Source of the DNA: Centroscyllium fabricii
Lineage: Eukaryota
NCBI GenBank assembly: GCA_051313645.2
Contig: JBNRSN020000089.1
Coordinates: forward strand, 2,542,001-2,606,000
Direction of reading: 5' to 3'
Length of the DNA stretch: 64,000 nucleotides
The notes under the pieces are model-generated. The model saw nothing but the letters and a program-made list of their open reading frames with translations, searched no databases and was not told where the DNA came from. The position numbers and the translations under genes are program-made. Every line of letters begins with the position of its first letter. Within the stretch, counting starts at the first letter, position 1. Positions 17,201-33,300 of this stretch are shown here, one piece after another.

Positions 17201-20200
17201 ACAATGTCCATCTGTGAACAATACATCAGACATTGTCCATCTCTGTGCAATACATCAGACATTGTCAAACTGTGTACAACACATCAGATATTGTCCATCT
17301 TTGTACAATACATCAGAAAATATCCATCTGTGTACAATACATCCGACAATGTCCATCTGTGAACAATACATCAGACAATGTCCATCTTTGAACAATACAT
17401 CAGACAATGTCCATCTGTGTACAATACATCAGAAAATGTCAATCTGTGAACAATCCATTAGACAATATCCATCTTTGTACATTTCATCAGACAAAGTCCA
17501 TCTGTGTACAATACATCAGACAATGTCCATCTGTGAACAAAACATCAGACAATATCCAACTCTGAACAATATATCAGAGGATGTCCATCTGTGCACAATA
17601 CATCAGACAATATCCATCTGTGTACAATATATCAGACATTATCCATCTGTATACAATACATCAGACATTATCCATCTGTGTACAATACATCAGAAAATAT
17701 CCATCTCTGAACAATACATCAGATAATGTCCATCTGTGTACAATACATCAGACAATGTCCAACTGTGTACAATACTTAAGACAATGTCCATCTAGAGTGC
17801 AATACATCAGACAATGTCAATTTGTGTTCAATACATCAGACAATGTCCATCTGTGAACAATACATCAGACAATATCCATCTGTGAACAATACATCAGACA
17901 ATATCCATCTGTGTACAATACATCAGACATTGTCCATCTGAACAATACATCGGACAATGTCCATCTGTGTACAATATATCAGACATTATCCATCTGTGTA
18001 CAATACATCAGACAATGTCCATCAGTGATCAATAAATCAGACAATATCCATCTGTAAACAGTACATCAGACAATGTCCATCTGTGTACAATACATCAGGC
18101 AATATCCATCTGTGTACAATATATCAGACTATATCCATCTGTGTACAGTATATCAGACAATGTCCATCTGTGTACAATACATCAGACAATGTCCATCTGT
18201 GTACAATACATCAGACAATGTCCATCTGTGTACAGTACATCAGACAATGTCCATCTGTTTACAGTACATCAGACAATGTCCTTCCGTGTACAGTACATCA
18301 GAAAATGTCCATCTGTGTACAATACATCAGACACTGTCCATCTGTGTACAATAGATCAGAAAATGTCCATCTGTGAACAATACATAAGACAATATCCATA
18401 TGTGTACAGTACATCAGACAATGTCCATCTGTGTAAAGTACATCAGAAAATGTCAATCTGGGAACAATACATAAGACATTATAAATCTGTGTACAATACA
18501 TTAGACATTATCCATCTGTGTGCAATACATGAGAAAATGTCCATCTGTGAACAATAGATAAGACATTATCCATCTGTGTACAATACATCAGACATTATGC
18601 ATCTGTGAACAATACATCAGACAATATCCATCGGTGTACAATACATCAGACAATGTCCATCTGTGCACAATACATCAGAGAATGTCCATCTGTGAACAAT
18701 GCATCAGACAATGTCCATCTATGTACAATACATCAGACATTGCCCATCTGTGTACAATATATCAGACATTATCCATCTGTGTACAATACATCAGAAAATG
18801 TAATCTGTGTACAATGCATCTGACAATATCCATCTGTGAACAATACATCAGACAATACCCATCGTGTAGAAAACATCAGACATTGTCAAACTGTGTACAA
18901 TACATCAGACAATATCCATCTGTGTACAATAAATCAGACATTGTCCTTCTGTGTACAATACATCAGACAATGTCCATCTGTGAACAATACATCAGACAAT
19001 GTCCATCTGTGTACAATACATCAGAAAATGTCCATCTGTGAACAATACATCAGACAATATCCATCTGTGTACAATATATCAGACAATGCCCATCTGTGAA
19101 CAATACATCCGACAATGTCCATCTGTGAACAATACATCAGACATTGTCCATCTCTGTACAATACATCAGACATTGTCAAACTGTGTACAATACATCAGAT
19201 ATTGTCCATCTGTGTACAATACATCAGAAAATATCCATCTGTGTACAATACATCCGACAATGTCCATCTGTGAACAATACATCAGACAATGTCCATCTTT
19301 GAACAATACATCAGACAATGTCCATCTGTGTACAATACATCAGAAAATGTCAATCTGTGAACAATCCATTAGACAATATCCATCTTTGTACATTTCATCA
19401 GACAATGTCCATCTGTGTACAAGACATCAGACAATGTCCAACTGTGTATAATACTTAAGACAATGTCCATCTAGAGTGCAATACATCAGACAATGTCAAT
19501 TTGTGTTCAATACATCAGACAATGTCCATCTGAGAACAATACATCAGACAATATCCATCTGTGTACAATACATCAGAAAATATCCATCTGTGTACAATAC
19601 ATCAGACATTGTCCATCTGTACGATACATCGGACAATGTCCATCTGTGTACAATATATCAGACATTATCCACCTGTGTACAATACATCAGACAATGTCCA
19701 TCAGTGATCAATAAATCAGACAATATCCATCTGTAAACAGTACATCAGACAATGTCCATCTGTGTACAATACATCAGACAATATCCATCTGTGTACAATA
19801 TATCAGACAATATCCATCTGTGTACAGTATATCAGACAATGTCCATCTGTGTACAATACATCAGACAATATCCATCTGTGTACAATACATCAGACAATGT
19901 CCATCTGTGAACAATACATCAGACAATGTCCATCTGTGTACAATACATCAGACAATGTCCATCTGTGTACAGTACATCAGACAATGTCCATCTGTTTACA
20001 GTACATCAGACAATGTCCTTCCGTGTACAGTACATCAGAAAATGTCCATCTGTGTACAATACATCAGACACTGTCCATCTGTGTACAATACATCAGAAAA
20101 TGTCCATCTGTGAACAATACATAAGACAATATCCATATGTGTACAGTACATCAGACAATGTCCATCTGTGTAAAGTACATCAGAAAATGTCAATCTGGGA

Positions 20201-22305
20201 ACAATACATAAGACATATTAAATCTGTGTACAATACATTAGACATTATCCATCTGTGTGCAATACATCAGAAAATGTCCATCTGTGAACAATAGATAAGA
20301 CATTATCCATCTGTGGACAATACATCAGACATTATGCATCTGTGAACAATAAATCAGACAATATCCATCGGTGTACAATACATCAGACAAATGTCCATCT
20401 GTGTACAATACATCAGACAATATCCATCAGTGTACAATGCATCAGACAATGTCCATCTGTGTACAATACATCAGACAATATCCATCTGTGAACAATATAT
20501 CAGAAAATGTCCATTTGCGCACAATACACAAGACATTATCAATCTGTGTACAATACAGCAGACATTATACATCTGTGTAGAATACATCAGACAATATCCA
20601 TCTGTGAATAATACATCAGAATATGTCCAACTATGTACAAAACATCAGACATTATCTATCTGTGAATAATACATCAGACAATATCCATCTGTGTACAATG
20701 CATCAGACAATGTCCATCTGTGAACAATACATCAGACAATATCCATCTGTGTACAAAACATCAGACATTGTCCATCTGTGTACAATAAATCAGACAATAT
20801 CCATCTATGTACAATACATCAGACATTGTACGTCTGTGTACAATAAATCAGGCAATGTCCATCTGTGAACAATACATCAGACAATGTCCATCTGTGTACA
20901 ATACATCAGACAATGTCCGTCTGTGAACAATACATACGACAATATCCATCTGTGTACAGTACATCAGACAATGTCCATCTGTGTACAATACATCAGAAAA
21001 TGCCCATCTGGGAACAATACATAAGACATTTTACATCTGTTTACAATACATCAGACATTATCCATCTGTGTGCAATACATCAGAAAATGTCCATCTGTGA
21101 ACAATAGATAAGACATTATCCATCTGTGTACAATACATCAGACAATATCCATCTCTGAACAATATATCAGAGGATGTCCATCTGTGTACAATACATCAGA
21201 CAATATCCATCTGTGTACAATATATCAGACATTATCCATCTGTATACAATACATCAGACATTATCCATCTGTGTACAATACATCAGAAAATATCCATCTC
21301 TGAACAATACATCAGACAATGTCCATCTGTGTACAATACATCAGACAATGTCCCACTGTGTACAATACTTAAGACAATGTCCATCTAGAGTGCAATACAT
21401 CAGACAATGTCAATTTGTGTTCAATACATCTGACAATCTCCATCTGTGAAAAATACATCAGAAAATATCCATCTGTGAACAATACTTCAGACAATATCCA
21501 TCTGTGTACAATACATCAGACATTGTCCATCTGTACAATACATCGGACAATGTCCATCTGTGTACAATATATCAGACATTATCCATCTGTGTACAATACA
21601 TCAGACAATGTCCATCAGTGAACAATAAATCAGACAATATCCATCTGTAAACAGTACATCAGACAATGTCCATCTGTGTACAATACATCAGACAATATCC
21701 ATCTGTGTACAATATATCAGACAATATCCTTCTGTGTACAGTTTATCAGACAGTGTCCATCTGTGAACAATACATCAGACAATATCCATCTGTGTACAAA
21801 ACATCAGACATTGTCCATCTGTGTACAATACATCAGACAATATCCATCTATGTACAATACATCAGACATATTCCGTCTGTGTACAATAAATCAGGCAATT
21901 TCCATTTGTGAACAATACACCAGACAATGTCCATCTGTTTACAATACATCAGACATAGTCCGTCTGTGTACAATAAATCAGGCAATTTCCATCTGTGAAC
22001 AATACATCAGACAATGTCCATCTGTGTACAATACATCAGACAATGTCCATCTGTGAACAATACATAAGACATTGTCCGTCTGTGTACAATACATCAGACA
22101 ATGTCCATCTGTGTACAATACATCAGACAATATACATCTGTGAACAATACAACAGACAATGTCCATCTGTGTACAATACATCAGAAAATGTCCATCTGTG
22201 AACAATACATTAGACAATATCCTTCTTTGTAAAGTACATCAGACAAAGTCCATCTGTGTACAATACATCAGACAATGTCCATTTGTGAACAAAACATCAG
22301 ACAAT
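8210..22305. repeat. Near-perfect tandem duplication of a 7042-bp satellite block
   Basis: ORF-track entries from 8259 to 14953 recur exactly 7042 bp later (15301 to 21995). The TCTAGA landmarks at 10749/12428/14342 recur at 17791/19470/21384. Only scattered substitutions differ. Confidence 0.96.
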
Positions 22306-24339
22306 ATCCATCTCTGAAAAATACATCAGAGGATGTACATCTGTGTACAATACATCAGACAATATCCATCTGTGTACAATATATCAGACAATATCCATCT
22401 GTATACAATACATCAGACATTATCCATCTGTGAACAATACATCAGACAATATCCATCTGTGAACAATACATCAGACAATGTCCATCTGTGTACAATACAT
22501 CAGACAATGTCCAACTGTGTACAATACTTAAGACAATGTCCATCTAGAGTGCAATACATCAGACAATGTCCATTTGTGTACAATACATCAGACAATGTCC
22601 ATCTGTGAACAATACATCAGACAATATCCATCTGTGAACAATACATCAGAAAATATCCATCTGTGTACAATACATCAGACATTGTCCATCTGTACAATAC
22701 ATCGGACAATGTCCATCTGTGCACAATACATCAGACATTATCCATATGTGTACAATACATCAGACAATGTCCATCTGTGAACAATAAATCAGACAATATC
22801 CATCTGTAAACAATACATGAGACAATGTCCATCTGTGTACAATACATCAGACAATATCCATCTGTGTACAATATATCAGTCAATATCCATCTGTGTACAG
22901 TATATCAGACAATGTTCATTTGTGTACAATACATCAGAAAATATCCATCTGTGTAGAATACATCAGACTTTGTCCGTCTGTGTACAATAAATCAGGCAAT
23001 GTCCATCTGTGAACAATACATCAGACAATGTCCATCTGTGACAATACATAAGACGATATCCATCTGTGTACAGTACATCAGACAATGTCCATCTGTGTAC
23101 AATACATCAGAAAATGCCCATCTGGGAACAATACATAAGACATTATACATCTGTGTACAATACATCAGACATTATCCATCTGTGTGCAATACATCAGAAA
23201 ATGTCCATCTGTGAACAATAGATAAGACATTATCCATCTGTGTACAATACATCAGACATTATGCATCTGTGAACAATACATCAGACAATATCCATCTGTG
23301 TACAATAAATCAGACAAATGTCCATCTGTGTACAATACATCAGACAATATCCATCAGTGTACAATACCTCAGACAATGTCCATCTGTGTACAATACATCG
23401 GACAATATACATCTGTGAACAATTTATAGGAAAATGTCCATCTGTGCACAATACATAAGACATTATCAATCTGTGTACAATACAGCAGACATTATACATC
23501 TGTGTAGAATACATCAGACAATATCCATCTGTGAATAATACATCAGAAAATGTCCATCTATGTACAAAACATCAGACATTATCTATCTGTGAATAATACA
23601 TCAGACAATGTCCATCTGTGTACAATACATCAGACAATAACCATCTAATGACAATACATCAGACAATGTCCATCTGTGTACAATACATCAGACAATATCC
23701 ATCTGTGTACAATACATCAGACAATATCCATCTGTGTACAGTACATCAGAAAATGTCCATCTGTGTACAATCCATCAGACAATATCCATCTGTGTACAAT
23801 ATATCAGACAATGTCCATCTGTGAACAATATATCAGACAATGTCCATCTGTGTACAATACATCAGACAATGTCCATCTGTGTACAATACATCAGACAATG
23901 TCCATCTGTGTACAATAAGTCAGACAATGTCCATCTGTGTAGAATACATCAGACAATATCCATCTGTGAACAATACATCAGACAATGTCCATCTGTGTAC
24001 AACACATCAGAAAATATCCATCTGTGTACAATACATCAGACAATGTCCATCTGTGTACAATACGTCAGACAATGTCCATCTGTGAACAATACATCAGACA
24101 ATATCCATCTGTGAACAATACATCAGATAATATCCATCTGTGTACAATAAATCAGACAATGGCCATCAGTAAAATACGTCAGACAATGTCCATCTGTGTA
24201 CAATACATCAGACGTTATCCATCTGTATACAATACATCAGACAATGTCCATCTGTGAACAATACATCAGACAATATCCATCTATGAACAATACATCAGAC
24301 AACATCCATCTGTGTACAGTACTTCAGACAATGTCCATT

Positions 24340-27300
24340 TGTGCACAATACTTCAGACAATGTCCATCTGTGAACAATGCATCAGACAATGTCCATCTAT
24401 GTACAATACATCAGACATTGCCCATCTGTGTACAATATATCAGACATTATACATCAGTGTACAATACATCAGAAAATGTCCACCTGTTTACAATGCATCA
24501 GACAATATCCATCTGTGAACAATACATCAGACAATACCCATCGTGTAGAAAACATCAGACATTGTCAATCTGTGTACAATACATCAGACAATATCCATCT
24601 GTGTACAATACATCAGACATTGTCGCTCTGGGTACAATACATCAGACAATGTCCGTCTGTGAACAATACATCAGACAATGTCCATCTGTGTACAATACAT
24701 CAGACAATGTCCATCTGTGAACAATATATCAGACAATATCCATCTGTGTACAATACATCAGACAATGCCCATCTGTGAACAATACCTCAGACAATGTCCA
24801 TCTGTGAACAATACATCAGACATTGTCCATCTGTGTACAATACATCAGACATTGTCAAACTGTGTACAATACATCAGATATTGTCCATCTGTGTACAATA
24901 CATCAGAAAATATCCATCTGTGTACAATATATCCGACAATGTCCATCTGTGAACAATACATCAGACAATGTCCATCTTTGCACAATGCATCAGACAATGT
25001 CCATCAGTGTACAATACATCAGACAATGTCGATATGTGTACAATACATCAGACAATATACATCTGTGAACAATACAACAGACAATGTCCATCTGTGTACA
25101 ATACATCAGAAAATGTCCGTCTGTGAACAATCCATTAGACAATATCCTTCTTTGTACAGTACATCAGACAAAGTCCATCTGTGTACAATACATCAGACAA
25201 TGTCCATCTGTGAACAAAACATCAGACAATATCCATCTCTGAACAATACATCAGAGGATGTACATCTGTGTACAATACATCAGACAATATCCATCTGTGT
25301 ACAATATATCAGACAATATCCATCTGTATACAATACATCAGACATTATCCATCTGTGTACAATACATCAGACAATATCCATCTGTGAACAATACATCAGA
25401 CAATGTCCATCTGTGTACAATACATCAGACAATGTCCAACAGTGTTCAATACTTAGGACAATGTCCATCTAGAGTGCAATACATCAGACAATGTCCATTT
25501 GTGTACAATATATCAGACAATGTCCATCTGTGTACAATACATCAGACATTGTCCATCTGTACAATACATCGGACAATGTCCATCTGTGTACAATACATCA
25601 GACATTATCCATCTGTGTACAATACATCGGACAATGTCCAACTGTGAACAATAAATCAGACAATATCCATCTGTAAACAATACATCAGACAATGTCCATC
25701 TGTGTACAATACATCAGACAATATCCATCTGTGTACAATATATCAGACAATATCCATCTGTGTACAGTATATCAGACAATGTCCATTTGTGTACAATACA
25801 TCAGAAAATATCCATCTGTGTACAATACATCAGACATTGTCCGTCTGTGTACAATAAATCAGGCAATGTCCATCTGTGAACAATACATCAGAGAATGTCC
25901 ATCTGTGAACAATACATAAGACAATATCCATCTGTGTACAGTACATCAGACAATGTCCAGCTGTGTACAATACATCAGAAAATGCCCATCTGGGAACAAT
26001 ACATAAGACATTATACATCTGTGTACAATACAACAGACATTATCCATCTGTGCGCAATACATCAGAAAATGTCCATCAGTGTACAATACCTCAGACAATG
26101 TCCATCTGTGTACAATACATCAGAAAATGTCCATCTGTGTACAATACATCAGACAATGTCCATCTGTGTACAATACGTCAGACAATGTCCATCTGTGTAG
26201 AATACATCAGACAATATCCATCTCTGAACAATACATCAGACAATGTCCATCTGTGTACAAATACATCAGAAAATATCCATCTGTTTACAATACATCAGAC
26301 AATGTCCATCTGTGTACAATACGTCAGACAATGTCCATCTGTGTACAATACATCAGACAATATCCATCTGTGAACAATACATCAGATAATATCCATCTGT
26401 GTACAATACATCAGACAATGGCCATCAGCACAATACATCAGACAATGTCCATCTGTGTACAATACATCAGACATTATCCATCTGTATACAATACATCAGA
26501 CAATGTCCATCTGTGAACAATACATCAGACAATATCCATCTATGAACAATACATCAGACAACATCCATCTGTGTACAGTATTTCAGACAATGTCCATTTG
26601 TGTACAATATATCAGACAACATCCATCTGTGTACAGTACTTCAGACAATGTCCATCTGTTTACAATACATCAGACAATATCCATCTGTGTACAATATATC
26701 AGACAATGTCCATCTGTGAACAATACATCAGACAATGTCCATCTGTGTACAATACATGAGACAATGTCCATCTGTGTACGGTACATCAGACAATGTCCAT
26801 CTGTGTATAGTACGTCAGACAATGTCCTTCTTTTAACAGTACATCAGACTATGTCCATCTGTGTACAATAAATCAGACACTGTCCATCTGTGTACAATAC
26901 ATCTGAAAATGTCCACCTGTGAACAATACATAAGGAAATATCCATCTGTGTACAGTACATCAGAGTATGTCCATCTGTGTACAATACATCAGAAAATGTC
27001 CATCTGTGAACAATACATAAGACATTATCCATCTGTGTACAATACATCAGACATTATCCATCTGTGTACAATACATCAGAAAATGTCCATCTGTGAACAA
27101 TACATAAGACATTATCCATCAGTGTACAATACATCAGATATTATCTACCTGTGAGCAATACATCAGACAATATCCATCTGTGTACAATACATCAGACAAA
27201 TGTCCATCTGTGTACAATACATCAGACAATATCCATCTGTGTAAAATACATCAGACAATGTCCATCTGTGTCCAATACATCAGACAATATCCATCTGTGA

Positions 27301-30300
27301 ACAATACATCAGACAACAACCATCTGTGTACAATACATCAGACAATATCCATCTGTGTACAATACATCACTAAATGTCCATCTGTGTACAATAAATCAGA
27401 CAATATCCATCTGCGTACAATACACCAGACATGGTCCATCTGTGAACAATACATCAGTCATTATCCATCTGTGTACAAACCATCAGACAACATCCATCTG
27501 TGTACAATACATCAGAGAATGTCCGTCTGTGTACAATATATCAGACAATATCCATCTGTGTACATTACATCAGACAATGTCAATCTGTGAACAATACATC
27601 AGACAATGTCCATCTGTGTACAATATATCAGACAATGTCCATCTGTGTACAATACATCAGACAATATGCATCTGTGTGCAATATATCAGACAATGTTTAT
27701 CTGTGTACAATACATCAGACAATATCCATCTGTGAACAATACATCAGACAATTTCCATCTGTGTACAATACATCAGACAATGCCCATCTGTGCACAATAC
27801 TTCAGACAATGTCCATCTGTGAACAATGCATCAGACAATGTCCATCTATGTACAATATATCAGACATTGCCCATCTGTGTACAATATATCAGACATTATC
27901 CATCTGTGTACAATACATCAGAAAATGTCCATCTGTATACAATGCATCAGACAATATCCATCTGTGAACAATACATCAGACAATACCCATCGTGTAGAAA
28001 ACATCAGACATTGTCAATCTGTGTACAATACATCAGACAATATCCATCTGTGCACAATACATCAGACATTGTCCTTCTGCGTACAATACATCAGACAATG
28101 TCCATCGGTGAACAATACATCAGACAATGTCCATCTGTGTACAATACATCAGACATTGTCCATCTGTGTACAATACATCAGACATTGTCAAACTGTGTAC
28201 AATACATCAGATATTGTCCATCTGTGTACAATACATCAGAAAATATCCATCTGTGTACAATACATCCGACAATGTCCATCTGTGAACAATATATCAGACA
28301 ATGTCCATCTTTGAACAATACATCAGACAATGTCCATCTGTGTACAATACATCAGACAATGTCCATATGTGTACAATACGTCAGACAATATCCATCTGTG
28401 AACAATACATCAGACAATGTCCATCTGTGTACAATACATCAGAAAATGTCCATCTGTGAACAATCCATTAGACAATATCCATCTTTGTACAGTACATCAG
28501 ACAAAGTCAATCTGTGTACAATACATCAGACAATGTCCATCTGTGAACAAAACATCAGACAATATCCATCTCTGAACAATACATCAGAGGATGTCAATCT
28601 GTGTACAATACATCAGACAATATCCATCTGTGTACAATATATCAGACATTATCCATCTGTATACAATTCATCAGACATTATCCATCTGTGTACAATACAT
28701 CAGAAAATATCCATCTCTGAACAATATATCAGACAATGTCCATCTGTGTACAATATATCAGAGAATGTCCAACTGTGTACAATACTTAAGACAATGTCCA
28801 TCTAGAGTGCAATACATCAGACAATGTCAATTTGTGTACAATACATCAGACATTATCCATCTGTGTACAATACATCAGACAATGTCCATCTGTGAACAAT
28901 AATTCAGACAATATCCATCTGTAAACAGTACATCAGACAATGTCCATCTCTGTACAATACATCAGACAATATCCTTCTGTGTACAATATATCAGACAATA
29001 TCCATCTGTGTACAGTATATCAGACAATGTCCATCTGTGTACAATACATCAGAAAATATCCATCTGTGTACAATATATCAGACAATGTCCATCTGTGTAC
29101 AATACGTCAGACAATGTCCATCTGTGAACAATACATTAGACAATATCCATCTGTGAACAATACATCAGATAATATCCATCTGTGTACAATAAATCAGACA
29201 ATGGCCATCAGTAAAATACATCAGACAATGTCCATCTGTGTACAATACATCAGACGTTATCCGTCTGTATACAATACATCAGACAATGTCCATCTGTGAA
29301 CAATACATCAGACAATATCCATCTATGAACAATACATCAGACAACATCCATCTGTGTACAGTACTTCAGACAATGTCCATTTGTGTACAATATATCAGAC
29401 AACATCCATCTGTGTACAGTACTTCAGACAATATCCATCAGTGTACAATACATCAGACAATATCCATCTGTGTACAATATATCAGACAATGTCCATCTGT
29501 GAACAATACATCAGACAATGTCCATCTGTGTACAATACATGAGACAATGTCCATCTGTGTACGGTACATCAGACAATGTCCATCTGTGTATAGTACGTCA
29601 GACAATGTCCTTCTTTTAACAGTACATCAGACTATGTCCATCTGTGTACAATAAATCAGACACTGTCCATCTGTGTACAATACATCAGAAAATGTCCACC
29701 TGTGAACAATACATAAGGAAATATCCATCTGTGTACAGTACATCAGAGTATGTCCATCTGTGTACAGTACATCAGAAAATGTCCATCTGTGAACAATACA
29801 TAAGACATTATCCATCTGTGTACAATACATCAGACATTATCCATCTGTGTACAATATATCAGAAAATGTCCATCTGTGAACAATACATAAGACATTATCC
29901 ATCAGTGTACAATACATCAGACATTATCTACCTGTGAACAATACATCAGACAATATCCATCTGTGTACAATACATCAGACAAATGTCCATCTGTGTACAA
30001 TACATCAGACAATATCCATCTGTGTAAAATACATCAGACAATGTCCATCTGTGTCCAATACATCAGACAATATCCATCTGTGTACAATACATCAGACAAT
30101 ATCCATCTGTGTACAATACATCACTAAATGTCCATCTGTGTACAATAAATCAGACAATATCCATCTGCGTAAAATACACCAGACATGGTCCATCTGTGAA
30201 CAATACATCAGTCATTATCCATCTGTGTACAAACCATCAGACAACATCCATCTGTGTACAATACATCAGAGAATGTCCATCTGTGTACAATACATCAGAC

Positions 30301-33300
30301 AATATACATCTGTGTACATTACATCAGACAATGTCAATCTGTGAACTATACATCAGACAATGTCCATCTGTGTACAATATATCAGACAATGTCCATCTGT
30401 GTACAATACATCAGACAATATGCATCTGTGTGCAATATATCAGACAATGTCCATCTGTGTACAATACATCAGACAATTTCCATCTGTGAACAATACATCA
30501 GATAAATTTCCATCTGTGTACAATACATCAGACAATGTCCATCTGTGCACAATACTTCAGACAATGTCCATCTGTGAACAATGCATCAGACAATGTCCAT
30601 CTATCTACAATACATCAGACATTGCCCATCTGTGTACAATATATCAGACATTATCCATCTGTGTACAATACATCAGAAAATGTCCACCTGTATACAATGC
30701 ATCAGACAATATCCATCTGTGAACAATACATCAGACAATACCCATCGTGTAGAAAACATCAGACATTGTAAATCTGTGTACAATACATCAGACAATATCC
30801 ATCTGTGTACAATACATCAGATATTGTCGTTCTGCGTACAATACATCAGACAATGTCCGTCTGTGAACAATACATCAGACAATGTCCATCTGTGTACAAT
30901 ACATCAGACAATGTCCATCTGTGAACAATATATCAGACAATATCCATCTGTGTACAATACATCAGACAATGCCCATCTGTGAACAATACCTCAGACAATG
31001 TCCATCTGTGAACAATATATCAGACATTGTCCATCTGTGTACAATACATCAGACATTGTCAAACTGTGTACAATACATCAGATATTGTCCATCTGTGTAC
31101 AATACATCAGAAAATATCCATCTGTGTACAATATATCCGACAATGTCCATCTGTGAAAAATACATCAGACAATGTCCATCTTTGAACAATTCATCAGACA
31201 ATGTCCATCAGTGTACAATACATCAGACAATGTCGATATGTGTACAATACATCAGACAATATACATCTGTGAACAATACAACAGACAATGTCCATCTGTG
31301 TACAATACATCAGAAAATGTCCATCTGTGAACAATCCATTAGACAATATCCTTCTTTGTACAGTACATCAGACAAAGTCCATCTGTGTACAATACATCAG
31401 ACAATGTCCATCTGTGAACAAAACATCAGACAACATCCATCTCTGAACAATACATCAGAGGATGTACATCTGTGTACAATACATCAGACAATATCCATCT
31501 GTGTACAATATATCAGACAATATCCATCTGTATACAATACATCAGACATTATCCATCTGTGTACAATACATCAGACAATATCCATCTGTGAACAGTACAT
31601 CAGACAATGTCCATCTGTGTACAATACATCAGACAATGTCCAACAGTGTACAATACTTAAGACAATGTCCATCTAGAGTGCAATACATCAGACAATGTCC
31701 ATTTGTGTACAATACATCAGACAATGTCCATCTGTGAACAATACATCAGACAATATACATCTGTGAACAATACATCAGAAAATATCCATCTGTGTACAAT
31801 ACATCAGACATTGTCCATCTGTACAATACATCGGACAATGTCCATCTGTGTACAATACATCAGACATTATCCATCTGTGTACAATACATCAGACAATGTC
31901 CACCTGTGAACAATAAATCAGACAATATCCATCTGTAAACAATACATCAGACAATGTCCATCTGTGTACAATACATCAGACAATATCCATCTGTGTACAA
32001 TATATCAGACAATATCCATCTGTGTACAGTATATCAGACAATGTCCATTTGTGTACAATACATCAGAAAATATCCATCTGTGTACAATACATCAGACATT
32101 GTCCGTCTGTGTACAATAAATCAGGCAATGTCCATCTGTGAACAATACATCAGAGAATGTCCATCTGTGAACAATACATAAGACAATATCCATCTGTGTA
32201 CAGTACATCAGACAATGTCCAGCTGTGTACAATACATCAGAAAATGCCCATCTGGGAACAATACATAAGACATTATACATCTGTGTACAATACATCAGAC
32301 ATTATCCATCTGTGTGCAATACATCAGAAAATGTCCATCAGTGTACAATACCTCAGACAATGTCCATCTGTGTACAATACATCAGAAAATGTCCATCTGT
32401 GTACAATACATCAGACAATGTCCATCTGTGTACAATACGTCAGACAATGTCCATCTGTGTAGAATACATCAGACAATATCCATCTCTGAACAATACATCA
32501 GACAATGTCCATCTGTGTACAAATACATCAGAAAATATCCATCTGTTTACAATACATCAGACAATGTCCATCTGTGTACAATACGTCAGACAATGTCCAT
32601 CTGTGTACAATACATCAGACAATATCCATCTGTGAACAATACATCAGATAATATCCATCTGTGTACAATACATCAGACAATGGCCATCAGTACAATACAT
32701 CGGACAATGTCCATCTGTGTACAATACATCAGACATTATCCATCTGTATACAATACATCAGACAATGTCCATCTGTGAACAATACATCAGACAATATCCA
32801 TCTATGAACAATACATCAGACAACATCCATCTGTGTACAGTATTTCAGACAATGTCCATTTGTGTACAATATATCAGACAACATCCATCTGTGTACAGTA
32901 CTTCAGACAATGTCCATCTGTTTACAATACATCAGACAATGTCCATCTGTGTACAATACATGAGACAATGTCCATCTGTGTACGGTACATCAGACAATGT
33001 CCATCTGTGTATAGTACGTCAGACAATGTCCTTCTTTTAACAATACATCAGACTATGTCCATCTGTGTACAATAAATCAGACACTGTCCATCTGTGTACA
33101 ATACATCTGAAAATGTCCACCTGTGAACAATACATAAGGAAATATCCATCTGTGTACAGTACATCAGAGTATGTCCATCTGTGTACAATACATCAGAAAA
33201 TGTCCATCTGTGAACAATACATAAGACATTATCCATCTGTGTACAATACATCAGACATTATCCATCTGTGTACAATACATCAGAAAATGTCCATCTGTGA

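Noticed and set aside
27606-28805. Longest ORF (399 aa)
   Set aside because: Same satellite translation. Its duplicate at 33810 is broken by a stop and overlapping frames are also open, so there is no sign of coding constraint.
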